From positions 241,651 through 305,650 of the forward strand of contig NZ_JAYRZM010000007.1 of assembly GCF_041916435.1 (NCBI RefSeq): 64,000 nt of DNA, in the 5' to 3' direction. The notes under the pieces were generated by a model. That model saw only the letters and a list, made by a program, of their open reading frames with translations. It was not told the origin of the DNA and did not search any database. The stretch is from Phenylobacterium sp. (GTDB taxonomy: Bacteria > Pseudomonadota > Alphaproteobacteria > Caulobacterales > Caulobacteraceae). Positions 48,204-59,126 of the stretch are shown in pieces. The translations under genes were made by a program, and so were the position numbers. Position 1 is the first letter of the stretch; every line of letters starts with the position of its first letter.

Positions 48204-49691
48204 TCAGGGGCGGACGATGCAGTCGCGCCCGGCGCCGCGCAGGGCGCCGCAGAAGGCGCGCGCTTCGTCCTCGGTGGCGAAGCCGGCCACCAGGGCGCGA
48301 TGGAGCGTCTGATCGCCCACCTGCACGTTCTCCATCTCCAGGCGCTTGCCCGCGGCCGGGCCGGGGAGGCGCTGTCGCACGGCCGTCCATGCGGCCTCGG
48401 CGGCGTCGGTGGAGGCGACCGCGGCGATCTGCACGCGGGGCCCGCCGCCAGGCGGCTCCGGCTTCGCGGGTGCGGCGGCGGCCGGTGCGGCGGTTGCCGG
48501 AGCCGCGTCCAGCGGCGGCGGCGGGCCCACGGCGTCCTGCGCCTGCGACGGCGCCAGGGCGCGTAGCTGCGGCGTCGAGGCCGCATCGGCGCCCGCCCTG
48601 GCGGCGGCCGGCGCGGCTCCGCCGACTGCAGCCGCCTTGGTGGCCGGGAGGGCGGGGAGGCCCGGATCGGCCTGGCCGCGCAGCTCGGCGGCGATCGATT
48701 GCGGCGAGACGTCCGACGAGGGCTTGGCGACCGGCTTGTAGAGGATGACCGCGGCGGCGGCCGCCGCCGCCAGGGCCGCGCCAGCGGCGATGGCCGGGGC
48801 GCGGAGGGCGCCGGTCCGCCGCTTCGGGGTCGCTGGCGTCAGCTTGCGGCGCGGATCGCGCGGGCGCGGCGTCTCCGCCTCGGCGAAGGCGCGGTCGACC
48901 GTGTCCCAGACGTCGATGTCGACGTCGCCGTCGTCGGGATTGATCGACACCTTGATGAAGTCCTGCCGGCCGGCCTCCAGCCGCAGCGCCGTCAACGCGT
49001 CGGTGGCGTAGGCGCCGGTGTCGATGCCGATGCGGGCGCGCCCGCGCACGGGCCTGGGATTGACCGTGTGGCCGTGCACCACCACGCCGGGCCAGATCGG
49101 CGGCTCGTCGTCGTAGTCGCGAAACCACATCATGTCGGCGTCGGTCTGCTCGTCGAGCGGCGTGTCGGGCCGCAAGCCGGCGTGCACGAAGATGTAGTCG
49201 CCGAACGCGATGCGGAGCTCTGTGTCCCGCAGGAAGGCGACGTGCTCGGCCGGGATGGCCCTGGCGGCGGCCTGGCGCAGCTTGTCGACCGAGGGATTGG
49301 CCAGCTCGCCGCGGAGCGAGACGCCATACGAGCGCAGGGTCTCCACGCCGCCATACTCCAGCCAGCGCGTGGAATCCTCATGGCCGTCGAGCAGGCTCAG
49401 CAGCACGTCCTCGTGGTTGCCGCGCAGGAAGACCGTCCTGCACTCGGCCTGGCCCCGAAAGCGGATCAGATGGTCGATCACGCCGGCCGAGTCCGGGCCC
49501 CGGTCGATGTAGTCGCCAAGGAAGACGGCGACGACGCTCTTGCCGTCGCGGGCGTCCGCCTCGGTCTCGACCGCGAGCTGTTCGGTGAGGCGCTCCAGAA
49601 GATCGAGCCGGCCATGCACGTCGCCCACGGCGAACACGATCGTCTGCTGCGGCGCCTGGGGCGCGCCGCCGGCGCGCATGCTGGATGTCAT
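48204..49691 (-). CDS. PPP/calcineurin-like metallophosphoesterase-TM-SPOR fusion
   Basis: GDVHG, GDYIDRG, GNHE, HAG, HGHT, GIDTG; Ala-rich TM; C-terminal VQIAA...FC..L...G.DC SPOR domain; start uncertain. Confidence 0.85.
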   Translation of the reverse strand: MTSSMRAGGAPQAPQQTIVFAVGDVHGRLDLLERLTEQLAVETEADARDGKSVVAVFLGDYIDRGPDSAGVIDHLIRFRGQAECRTVFLRGNHEDVLLSLLDGHEDSTRWLEYGGVETLRSYGVSLRGELANPSVDKLRQAAARAIPAEHVAFLRDTELRIAFGDYIFVHAGLRPDTPLDEQTDADMMWFRDYDDEPPIWPGVVVHGHTVNPRPVRGRARIGIDTGAYATDALTALRLEAGRQDFIKVSINPDDGDVDIDVWDTVDRAFAEAETPRPRDPRRKLTPATPKRRTGALRAPAIAAGAALAAAAAAAVILYKPVAKPSSDVSPQSIAAELRGQADPGLPALPATKAAAVGGAAPAAARAGADAASTPQLRALAPSQAQDAVGPPPPLDAAPATAAPAAAAPAKPEPPGGGPRVQIAAVASTDAAEAAWTAVRQRLPGPAAGKRLEMENVQVGDQTLHRALVAGFATEDEARAFCGALRGAGRDCIVRP

Positions 49692-49823
49692 AGTCGAAGC
49701 CGATGGAACCAGGACTGTGCCCGTCACGGAAACGGGCGATGAGCGAAATCTAGCATGGCGGCGACTCGCCGCTCCAGGGGCTCGCCGATACGGCCGGCGC
49801 CGAAGCGCGCGCCAGGCCGCCGA

Positions 49824-50843
49824 TCAGGCGCCTTCGGGCTCGCCGCCGCCCGATTGGCCGGCCTGGGGTTTGGCCGCCTCGGCGGCGGCCTCGCGCAGCA
49901 GGTCCTCGGCCGCGTCGTTCGTGGACTTCGCCTTGGGCGCGGCGTCCTCGGCGGCCTGCACCTTCAGGCCCATGGAGCGGGCGGCCGCCTCGCCCTCGCG
50001 GCCGAACAGGCTGCGCACGCGCAGGTCGACCTGCGGGAAGGGGATTTCGATCCCGGCCTCGCGCAGGGCGTCCTCGATGGCCCAGGTGTAGGCCGCATGG
50101 GCCGAGGCCGGCCGCTTGACCGCCTCGAACGAGGGCCACACCACCAGCTCGAAGTTCAGCGAGGAATCGCCGAAGCCGATAAGCCACACCTGGGTGCGGC
50201 GGGTGTCGGTGTCGGGCAGGGTGAAGGGCACCTTGTGGGCGGCGGCCAGGACGGCGTCGCGCACCTTGGCCTTGTCGACGCCGTAGGCGACGCCGAACGG
50301 CACGTGGAGGCGCCGGGTCTGGCCCTTGAGCGTCCAGTTCACCACCTCGCCGTCGATCAGTTTGGAGTTGGGGATCACCACGTCCAGGCCGTCGTTGGTG
50401 AGCAGGCGTGTCGCGCGCGGGCCGACCTCCAGGATCTCGCCGCGCATGCCGCTTTCGATCTCCACGTAGTCGCCCACGTGCACCAGCGGATCGAAGATGA
50501 TCACCAGGCCCGAGACGAACTCGCGCACGATCCCCTGCAGGCCGAGACCCACGCCGACGCCCACGGCGCCGGCGAACACCGTCAGCGACGTCAGGTTCAC
50601 CCCAAGGGTCGACAGGCCGATGAAGCCGCCGGCGAGGATCACGGCGTAGCTGGTGAGCTTCTCGACGATGTAGATCGACTGGGCGCCGGACCGGGAGCGC
50701 GAGCGCAGCCGCTGCAGGGTGATGGTCACGAGCCGGGCGACGGCGAACGCCAGGATCACGATGATCAGCGCCGCCCCGATCCGGCCGGCGATCGGGGTCC
50801 AGGCGCCGGATTCCACCCAGGCGATCAGCGACTCCGCCGTCAT
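49824..50843 (-). CDS. MscS-family mechanosensitive channel
   Basis: GAVGVGVGLGLQ..FVSG, VGDYVE, IPNS, NWT, IEIPFPQ. Confidence 0.92.
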   Translation of the reverse strand: MTAESLIAWVESGAWTPIAGRIGAALIIVILAFAVARLVTITLQRLRSRSRSGAQSIYIVEKLTSYAVILAGGFIGLSTLGVNLTSLTVFAGAVGVGVGLGLQGIVREFVSGLVIIFDPLVHVGDYVEIESGMRGEILEVGPRATRLLTNDGLDVVIPNSKLIDGEVVNWTLKGQTRRLHVPFGVAYGVDKAKVRDAVLAAAHKVPFTLPDTDTRRTQVWLIGFGDSSLNFELVVWPSFEAVKRPASAHAAYTWAIEDALREAGIEIPFPQVDLRVRSLFGREGEAAARSMGLKVQAAEDAAPKAKSTNDAAEDLLREAAAEAAKPQAGQSGGGEPEGA

Positions 50844-50900
50844 GTCCGTTCCTCCTGCGCGGCCCGCGTCGTCGATGTGCGGGGCCTGGTCTCGCCGTCC

Positions 50901-52268
50901 TCAGGCGGCAGGCGCCGGGACCGCCTTGGCGGGCTTGCCGACGCGTCGCCGCCAGGCCCCTGCAAGCTGATGATAGAGCGGCTCTCTCATGATGCGCGAG
51001 GAGATCGCGCGCGACATCAGCGTGCTCAGCATCAGCGGGCCCACCAGGCCGGGGTCGCGGGTCATCTCCATCAGGATCACCGCGCTCGTCAGCGGGGCCT
51101 GGACGACGCCGGCCAGATAGGCGGCCATGCCCAGCACCACCACGTCGCGCCCCTGCACCCAGGGCACCACCTGGTCGACGACCGAGCCCAGCCCCGCGCC
51201 GATCGCGAGCGAGGGCGCGAAGAGCCCGCCCGGCGCGCCGCAGACCGAGGCGGCGAGGGTGGCGATCCAGCGCCAGACGGAAAGCGACCAGCTCTGGGCG
51301 CCGCCACCGCCCGCCAGCAGCGCGGTCGTGGAGTCATAGCCGGTGCCGAAGCTCAGGCCGCCGCTGGCGAAGGCCGCCAGCGCCGCGACCAGGCCGCAGC
51401 CCGTGGCGAAGACGATCGGCCGGCTCTTTCTGAACAGGCCGACGGCGTTGGGCTGCGGGCCGATGACCGCGGCGACCGCCCGGGCGAAGAGCCCGCCGGT
51501 GACGCCGCACACGACGCCGATGATCGGGGCCGCGAGCCAGGCCGAGGCCAGCGCCGTGGAGCCGCGCAGGCTGCCGAAATAGGCGTAGTCGCCGGCGAAG
51601 GCGTATGAGGCCGCCCCCGCGATCACGACGACCAGGATGATGATGGAGTTGTTGCGGCGGTCGAAGCCCTTGGCCAGCTCCTCCACGGCGAAGACGACGC
51701 CGGCGATCAGGGTGTTGAAGGCGGCGGCCACGCCGGCCGCCCCGCCGGCGATCAGCAGGGCGCGGCGGCTGGGCCCGCCGTGCAGCCGGCTGGTGAACAG
51801 GAAGAGGATCGCGGCCACCACCTGCACCGTCGGGCCCTCGCGCCCGATCGCCGCCCCGCAGGTGAGGAGCAGGGCCGTCAGGGCGACCTTCACCACGGCG
51901 GTGCGCACCGAGATCTTGTCGTCGCCGGGATTGTCCGGTCCGGCTTCCTCGGCGGCGGCGATCACCTGGGGAATGCCGCTGCCGGCCGCCGCGGGCGCGA
52001 ACTTGATAGTCAGCCAGGTCGCCAGCGCCATGCTCGCCGGCATGAGCACGTAGGGCAGGAAGGGGACCGAGCGGATGACGTTGTGGTGGAAGGCGATGCC
52101 GGCGTCGCAGAGCTTGGCGAACGACACGGCCGCCAGGCCGCCGACGACGGAGCCCAGCACGATGATGGTCATCCGCCAGGCGCGGCGCGCGCGCAGTCTG
52201 ATGCGCTTGCGGCTGAAGCTCGCTCCGCTGCGTCGCCGCCACGATTCCAGCCCTCGCATCCCGATCAT
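50901..52268 (-). CDS. ClC chloride channel/H+ antiporter family
   Basis: GSGIP, GREGP, FAVEE, GGLFAP, terminal PLY; start uncertain. Confidence 0.92.
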   Translation of the reverse strand: MIGMRGLESWRRRSGASFSRKRIRLRARRAWRMTIIVLGSVVGGLAAVSFAKLCDAGIAFHHNVIRSVPFLPYVLMPASMALATWLTIKFAPAAAGSGIPQVIAAAEEAGPDNPGDDKISVRTAVVKVALTALLLTCGAAIGREGPTVQVVAAILFLFTSRLHGGPSRRALLIAGGAAGVAAAFNTLIAGVVFAVEELAKGFDRRNNSIIILVVVIAGAASYAFAGDYAYFGSLRGSTALASAWLAAPIIGVVCGVTGGLFARAVAAVIGPQPNAVGLFRKSRPIVFATGCGLVAALAAFASGGLSFGTGYDSTTALLAGGGGAQSWSLSVWRWIATLAASVCGAPGGLFAPSLAIGAGLGSVVDQVVPWVQGRDVVVLGMAAYLAGVVQAPLTSAVILMEMTRDPGLVGPLMLSTLMSRAISSRIMREPLYHQLAGAWRRRVGKPAKAVPAPAA

Positions 52269-52430
52269 GACATATGCGCCGTGGCGCTCACGGAAGGGGC
52301 TGGAACTGGGAAGGGCATGGCGCGATGCGATACATCGCAAGGCTTGACCAAGACAAGCGACGAGCGGCGGTTTTGTCCGATAGGCGCATTTAGGCCGCAG
52401 GCGCCGCGGCGGGCGGAGGCCAAGACGCGA

Positions 52431-53525
52431 TCAGGCGCGTTCGGCCAGCCGCCGCACCGCCGCGCCGCGCTCGTACCAGCCCTTGCTGGCGTTCACGATG
52501 GCCACGACGGACAGCATCACCGGCACCTCGATCAGCACGCCCACGACCGTGGCGAGGGCCGCGCCCGACGAAAAGCCGAAGAGGCTGATCGCGGCGGCCA
52601 CCGCCAGCTCGAAGAAGTTGCTTGCGCCGATCAGGGCCGAAGGGCCGGCCACGCAATGGGCCTCGCCGCTCAGCCGGTTGAGCATGTAGGCCAGGGCGGA
52701 GTTGAAGTAGACCTGGATCAGGATCGGGACCGCCAGCATCGCGATGATGGCGGGCTGGCCGATGATCTGCTCGCCCTGGAAGCCGAACAGCAGGACCAGC
52801 GTGGCCAGAAGCGCCGTCAGGGAGAGCGGCTGGATCTTGGCCAGCACGCCCGACAGCGCCGGCTCGCCGCCTCGCCGCAGCAATGCGGTGCGGGCCAGTT
52901 GGGCGATCACGACGGGGATCACGATGTAGAGGCCGACGGAAAGGACCAGCGTCTCCCACGGCACCGTGATCGCAGACAGTCCCAGCAGCAGCCCCACGAT
53001 CGGCGCGAAGGCCACGACCATGATCGTGTCGTTGAGCGCCACCTGGCTCAGCGTGAAGTTCGGCTCGCCGCGGCTGAGGCTGCTCCAGACGAACACCATG
53101 GCGGTGCACGGCGCGGCGGCCAGGAGGATCAGGCCGGCGATGTAGCTGTTGATCTCTCCGGCGGGCAGGAAGGGGCGAAAGAGGTAGCCGATGAAGAACG
53201 CGCCGAGCGCGGCCATCGAGAACGGCTTCACCGCCCAGTTGACGAACAAGGTGACGCCGATGCCCCGCCAATGGCGGCCGACCTGGCTCAGGGAGCGGAA
53301 GTCCACCTTCATCAGCATCGGAATGATCATCAGCCAGATCAGCACCGCCACCGGCAGATTGACCTTGGCGATCTCCGCCGAACCGATGGCCTGGAAGAGG
53401 GGCGCGAAGAAGTGGCCGAGGGCGACCCCGGCCACGATGCACAGCGCCACCCAGACCGTCAGGTAGCGCTCGAAGCGGGACATGGCCGGCTTTGCGGCCT
53501 GACCTTCGGCCGCTTCGATGCTCAC
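52431..53525 (-). CDS. acr3: Acr3 arsenite efflux permease
   Basis: FERYLTVWV, NWAVKPF, APCTAMVFVW, SNFFELA, EVPVM; GTGA overlap. Confidence 0.95.
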   Translation of the reverse strand: MSIEAAEGQAAKPAMSRFERYLTVWVALCIVAGVALGHFFAPLFQAIGSAEIAKVNLPVAVLIWLMIIPMLMKVDFRSLSQVGRHWRGIGVTLFVNWAVKPFSMAALGAFFIGYLFRPFLPAGEINSYIAGLILLAAAPCTAMVFVWSSLSRGEPNFTLSQVALNDTIMVVAFAPIVGLLLGLSAITVPWETLVLSVGLYIVIPVVIAQLARTALLRRGGEPALSGVLAKIQPLSLTALLATLVLLFGFQGEQIIGQPAIIAMLAVPILIQVYFNSALAYMLNRLSGEAHCVAGPSALIGASNFFELAVAAAISLFGFSSGAALATVVGVLIEVPVMLSVVAIVNASKGWYERGAAVRRLAERA

Positions 53526-54058
53526 TGCGCCGCCTCCGGCTGGCCTGTCGTCTTGCCGATCGCGTCCAGCCGCTTCTGCAAGGTCAGCCGGTCCAGGCTG
53601 GCCAGGGGCAGGCTGGCGAAGATGTTGATGCGGTTGTTGAGCATGCGATAGGTCTCGGCGAAGGCGAGGCCGATCTCGGCTTCCGAGCCCTGCACGGCGG
53701 CCGGATCCGGCACGCCCCAGTGGGCCGTCATCGGCTGGCCGGGCCAGATCGGGCAGACCTCGCCGGCGGCGTTGTCGCAGACGGTGAAGACGAAATTCAG
53801 CTCCGGCGCGTCGGGATTGTCCGCCCGCGAGAACTCCTCCCACGACTTCGAGCGCAGGCCCTCGGTCGGGTAGTTGAGCTTGCTCAGCAGCGCCAGGGCG
53901 TACGGATTGACCTTGCCGGCGGGCATGGAGCCAGCCGAGTAGGCCTTGAACTTCGGCGGGCCGATGCGGTTCATGATCGCTTCGGCCAGGATCGAGCGCG
54001 CCGAGTTCCCTGTGCACAGGAACAGCACGTTCAGCGGGGCGCGAACGGGTTCAGACAT
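53522..54058 (-). CDS. arsC: Arsenate reductase (LMW-PTP fold)
   Basis: CTGNSARS, VCD, CP, HWGVPDP. Confidence 0.93.
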   Translation of the reverse strand: MSEPVRAPLNVLFLCTGNSARSILAEAIMNRIGPPKFKAYSAGSMPAGKVNPYALALLSKLNYPTEGLRSKSWEEFSRADNPDAPELNFVFTVCDNAAGEVCPIWPGQPMTAHWGVPDPAAVQGSEAEIGLAFAETYRMLNNRINIFASLPLASLDRLTLQKRLDAIGKTTGQPEAAQ

Positions 54059-54070
54059 GGTCGCTTCCTC

Positions 54071-54496
54071 TCAGCAGCAGGCGGCGGCGGGTTTGACGGC
54101 GAGCACCGCCTCGGGCTCGTCCTCGCCGTAGGTCACGGCCTCGCCGAAGGTGTGGAAGGTCTCCCAGCGCACGCCGTCCGGATCGACCACCCAGGCCTTG
54201 TCCGACTTGGCGTAGCAGCAGGTGGCCGCGGTCTGGTCGCGGGTCGTCTGGCCGGCGGCGTTCAGCCTCGTCGCCAGCTCGGCCAGCTCCTCGCCGCTGT
54301 CCACCTGGACGCCCAGGTGGTCGAGCCCGGGCGCGCGGGCGCGGGCGGAGATGGCGAAGTTGACCCTCGGATCGTCCAGCATCCACTTGGCGTAGTCGTC
54401 CTTCAGGACGGTGGGTTCGGCGCCGAAGAGCGTCGAATAGAAGCCGACGGACTTCTTCAGGTCCTCGACCGAGACGTGAACATGCAGGCGCTTCAT
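54071..54496 (-). CDS. arsI: ArsI/CadI family VOC enzyme (C-As lyase-like)
   Basis: HVHV, DPRVNFAIS, HLG, TCCYA, DPDG..WE; ATGA overlap. Confidence 0.85.
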   Translation of the reverse strand: MKRLHVHVSVEDLKKSVGFYSTLFGAEPTVLKDDYAKWMLDDPRVNFAISARARAPGLDHLGVQVDSGEELAELATRLNAAGQTTRDQTAATCCYAKSDKAWVVDPDGVRWETFHTFGEAVTYGEDEPEAVLAVKPAAACC

Positions 54497-54855
54497 GACA
54501 GGGCTCCGGTAGGTTGGTCGCAGCAGGCGGCCTTTGCGGCGACGTCGGCCAGCGGCGCGCACACTTCCGGGCGGCCCTGGCAGCAGTCTTCCATCAGGTA
54601 GACGAGCAGTTCGCTCATGCCGTCGTAGTCGGCGGCGTAGATGATCGAGCGGCCCTCTCGCCGGCTGGTCGCCAGGCCGGCGTTGGTCAGGATGTTGAGC
54701 TGGGCCGACAGGGTGTTGGGCGTGATGTCCAGCGTGCGGGCGATCTCGCCGGCCGGGACGCCCTGGCGGCCGGCCCGGACGAGCAGGCGGAACACGGCGA
54801 GGCGGCTGTCCTGCGAGAGCGCCGAGAGGCGCTTTACGGCGGTTTCTGATTCCAT
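54493..54855 (-). CDS. arsR: ArsR repressor with C-terminal CC-x6-C site
   Basis: ALSQDSRL.VF..L, NTLS.QL..L, REGRSIIY, EDCCQGRPEVC. Confidence 0.93.
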   Translation of the reverse strand: MESETAVKRLSALSQDSRLAVFRLLVRAGRQGVPAGEIARTLDITPNTLSAQLNILTNAGLATSRREGRSIIYAADYDGMSELLVYLMEDCCQGRPEVCAPLADVAAKAACCDQPTGALS

Positions 54856-54857
54856 AT

Positions 54858-54873
54858 TTCAACGATTGTCGAA
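54858..54873. promoter_or_regulatory. Probable ArsR operator
   Basis: Imperfect palindrome TTCAAC-GATT-GTCGAA abutting the arsR start; minus-strand TTGACA at 54885-54890. Confidence 0.55.
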
Positions 54874-54960
54874 TTATAGAAGCGTGTCAAGCGTGCAACG
54901 GCGCGCCCGCACGCGACTTTCATCAAGGAGGATCGTTCCCATAGGGCCTAGCTGGGGTAG

Positions 54961-56851
<1,891 letters not shown>

Positions 56852-56855
<4 letters not shown>

Positions 56856-57154
56856 GCGAGCCGGACGAAGAGCCGGACGCCGGCCCGGCCAAGGGCCTGG
56901 CGGACGCCATCCGCAAGCGCAGCGAACGGCGCAAGCGCTGGCTGCGCGAGGGCGGCGAGCCGCCGGTGCTGCACTTCGTCGGGCAGATCGGCGTCCTGGG
57001 CTGGATGATCGTCACGCCCGGGCTGTTGTTCCTGTTCTTCGGCCGCTGGCTGGACCATCGGTTCGGCACCGGCGTCTTCTGGAGCGCGCCGCTGCTGATG
57101 CTCGGTCTCGCCCTCGGGTTCTGGTCGGCCTGGCGATGGATGAACCGTCAATGA
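56852..57154 (+). CDS. atpQ: N-ATPase AtpQ (AtpZ/AtpI-like)
   Basis: GVLGW.IV.P...GRWLD, two TMs; operon position. Confidence 0.85.
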
Positions 57155-57441
57155 CCCTCCCGCTCTTCCATCCGCCGCTGTGGGTCGCGCTCGCCGGCGG
57201 GCTGATCGCCGGCGCGCTGATCGGCGTGCTTCACTTCAGAGCCCTGCGCGCGCAGGTCGATGCGCTGGTCCAGGCGCCGTCGCTCGGCCGGCTGTTCGCC
57301 CTGCAGGCCGTGCGCGTCGTGCTGAGCACCCTGGCGCTGGCGGCGATCGCCATCGTCCTGGGGGCGGGCGCGCTGCTCGCCGCGGCGCTCGGCCTGCTCG
57401 GCGCGCGGATGGCCGCCGTCCGGTTCGGAGCGCCCTCGTGA
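57151..57441 (+). CDS. atpR: N-ATPase AtpR
   Basis: Small hydrophobic protein with membrane Arg residues (AVRVV, GARM); operon position. Confidence 0.8.
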   Translation: MTLPLFHPPLWVALAGGLIAGALIGVLHFRALRAQVDALVQAPSLGRLFALQAVRVVLSTLALAAIAIVLGAGALLAAALGLLGARMAAVRFGAPS

Positions 57442-58142
57442 CCGGATCGCCGCTTGAGTCCCACATCGTCTTCTCGGTCGGCCCGGTGGCGGTGACCGAG
57501 CCTGTCGTCGTCACCTGGGTGCTGATGGCCGTGCTCGCCGTCGGCGGATGGGCCGCCGGGCGCGGCCTGAAGTTGGAGCCGACCCGTCGCCAGGCCGTGT
57601 TCGAGATGATCGTCGAGGCGATCCAGGGCCAGATCCGCGACACCATGCACGCCTCGCCGCGACCCTACCTGCCGCTGCTGGGCACGATCTTCCTGTTCAT
57701 CCTGACAGCCAACTGGTCGTCGCTGATCCCGGGGGTGGAGCCGCCGACGGCCCATCTGGAGACCGACGCGGCGCTGGCGCTGATCGTCTTCATGGCGGTG
57801 ATCTGGTTCGGCGTGCGCGCCCGCGGCGTGCGCGGCTACCTGAAGAGTTTCGCCCAGCCGGCGCTGTTCATGGTCCCGCTCAACATCATCTCCACCTTCG
57901 CCCGGACGCTGGCGATGATCGTGCGTCTGTTCGGCAACGTCATGAGCGGGGTCTTCATCATCGGGGTGATCCTGTCGCTCGCCGGCTTGCTCGTGCCGAT
58001 CCCGCTGATGGCGCTCGATCTGCTGACCGGCGCCGTGCAGGCCTACATCTTCACCGTACTGGCCATGGTCTTCATCGGCAGCGCCGTCAGCGGCGGCGAA
58101 GGCGCGGCCGAAAGTCAGGAAACTCAAGAGGCAGGTTCATGA
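57438..58142 (+). CDS. atpB: N-ATPase subunit a
   Basis: PPTA, VRLFGNVMSG, GAVQAYIF. Confidence 0.93.
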   Translation: MTGSPLESHIVFSVGPVAVTEPVVVTWVLMAVLAVGGWAAGRGLKLEPTRRQAVFEMIVEAIQGQIRDTMHASPRPYLPLLGTIFLFILTANWSSLIPGVEPPTAHLETDAALALIVFMAVIWFGVRARGVRGYLKSFAQPALFMVPLNIISTFARTLAMIVRLFGNVMSGVFIIGVILSLAGLLVPIPLMALDLLTGAVQAYIFTVLAMVFIGSAVSGGEGAAESQETQEAGS

Positions 58143-58384
58143 ACTGGATCCAGATCGTCAGCATCGCGAGCGCCGCCGGGGCCGTGGCGATAGGCTCCAT
58201 CGGCCCGGCGTTGGCCGAGGGCCGCGCCGTCGCCGCCGCCCTGGACGCCATCGCCCGCCAGCCGGAATCGTCCGGCGTGATCTCCAGGACCCTGTTCGTC
58301 GGTCTGGCGATGATCGAGACGGTGGCGATCTACTGCCTGGTCATCGCGCTGCTGCTCCTGTTCGCCAACCCGTACGCCGCCTGA
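58139..58384 (+). CDS. atpE: N-ATPase subunit c
   Basis: ALAEG, ARQPE, MIETVAIY. Confidence 0.95.
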   Translation: MNWIQIVSIASAAGAVAIGSIGPALAEGRAVAAALDAIARQPESSGVISRTLFVGLAMIETVAIYCLVIALLLLFANPYAA

Positions 58385-58388
58385 GCCG

Positions 58389-59126
58389 ATGCAGCTCAAC
58401 TGGTCCACGCTGGCGATCCAGACGATCAATGCGCTGATCCTCGTCTGGATTCTCGCCCGCTTCTTCTTCCGGCCGGTGGCCGACATCCTGGCCAAGCGCC
58501 AGGCGGCGGCCAAGGCGCTGCTGGACGACGCCAAGGCCGATCGCGCGGCCGCCGCCAGCGCCAAGGCCGAGGCCGACAAGGCGCTCGGCGATGTCGACGC
58601 CCAGCGCCAGCGGCTGCTGGACGAAGCCCGCGCCGCGGCCGAGACGACCAAGGCTGACCTCGTCGAAAAGGCCAGGGGCGAGGCGGACAAGCGCCGCCAG
58701 GAGGCCGAGGCCCTGATCGCCCAGGAGCGCGCCGCCGCCGACCAGGCGATCCTGGCGAGCGCGGGAAAGCTGTCCGTGGACATCGCCAGGCGGCTGCTCG
58801 GCCGGCTGCCGCCCGCCAGCGTCCAGGCCGCGTTCGTCGACGCCCTGGGCGAGGCGCTGGCGAAGCAGGCGCCGGTGGACGGAACCAAGGAGGATGTCGA
58901 GGTCGTCAGCGCCGTCCCGTTGACCAAGGCTCAGGCCGACCGCGTGCGCGCGGCGGTCGACAAGGCGTTCGGCGAGGGCACGCCATGCCGGTTCACGACC
59001 GACGAGGCGCTGATCGCCGGGGTCGAGCTGCACGGCGTGAACCTGATCATTCTCAATAGCTGGCGCGCCGATCTTGAGGCGATGGACAAGGAGTTGAGCG
59101 GTGACGGACGCCCGGGCCAAGCTTGA
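58389..59126 (+). CDS. atpF: N-ATPase subunit b with delta-like extension
   Basis: [12 protein letters not shown], coiled coil, D..LIAGVEL. Confidence 0.9.
   Translation: MQLNWSTLAIQTINALILVWILARFFFRPVADILAKRQAAAKALLDDAKADRAAAASAKAEADKALGDVDAQRQRLLDEARAAAETTKADLVEKARGEADKRRQEAEALIAQERAAADQAILASAGKLSVDIARRLLGRLPPASVQAAFVDALGEALAKQAPVDGTKEDVEVVSAVPLTKAQADRVRAAVDKAFGEGTPCRFTTDEALIAGVELHGVNLIILNSWRADLEAMDKELSGDGRPGQA

Noticed and set aside
52344-52356. TTGAC-CAA-GACAA FixK-like sequence
   Set aside because: Three-nt spacer and a mismatched half-site.
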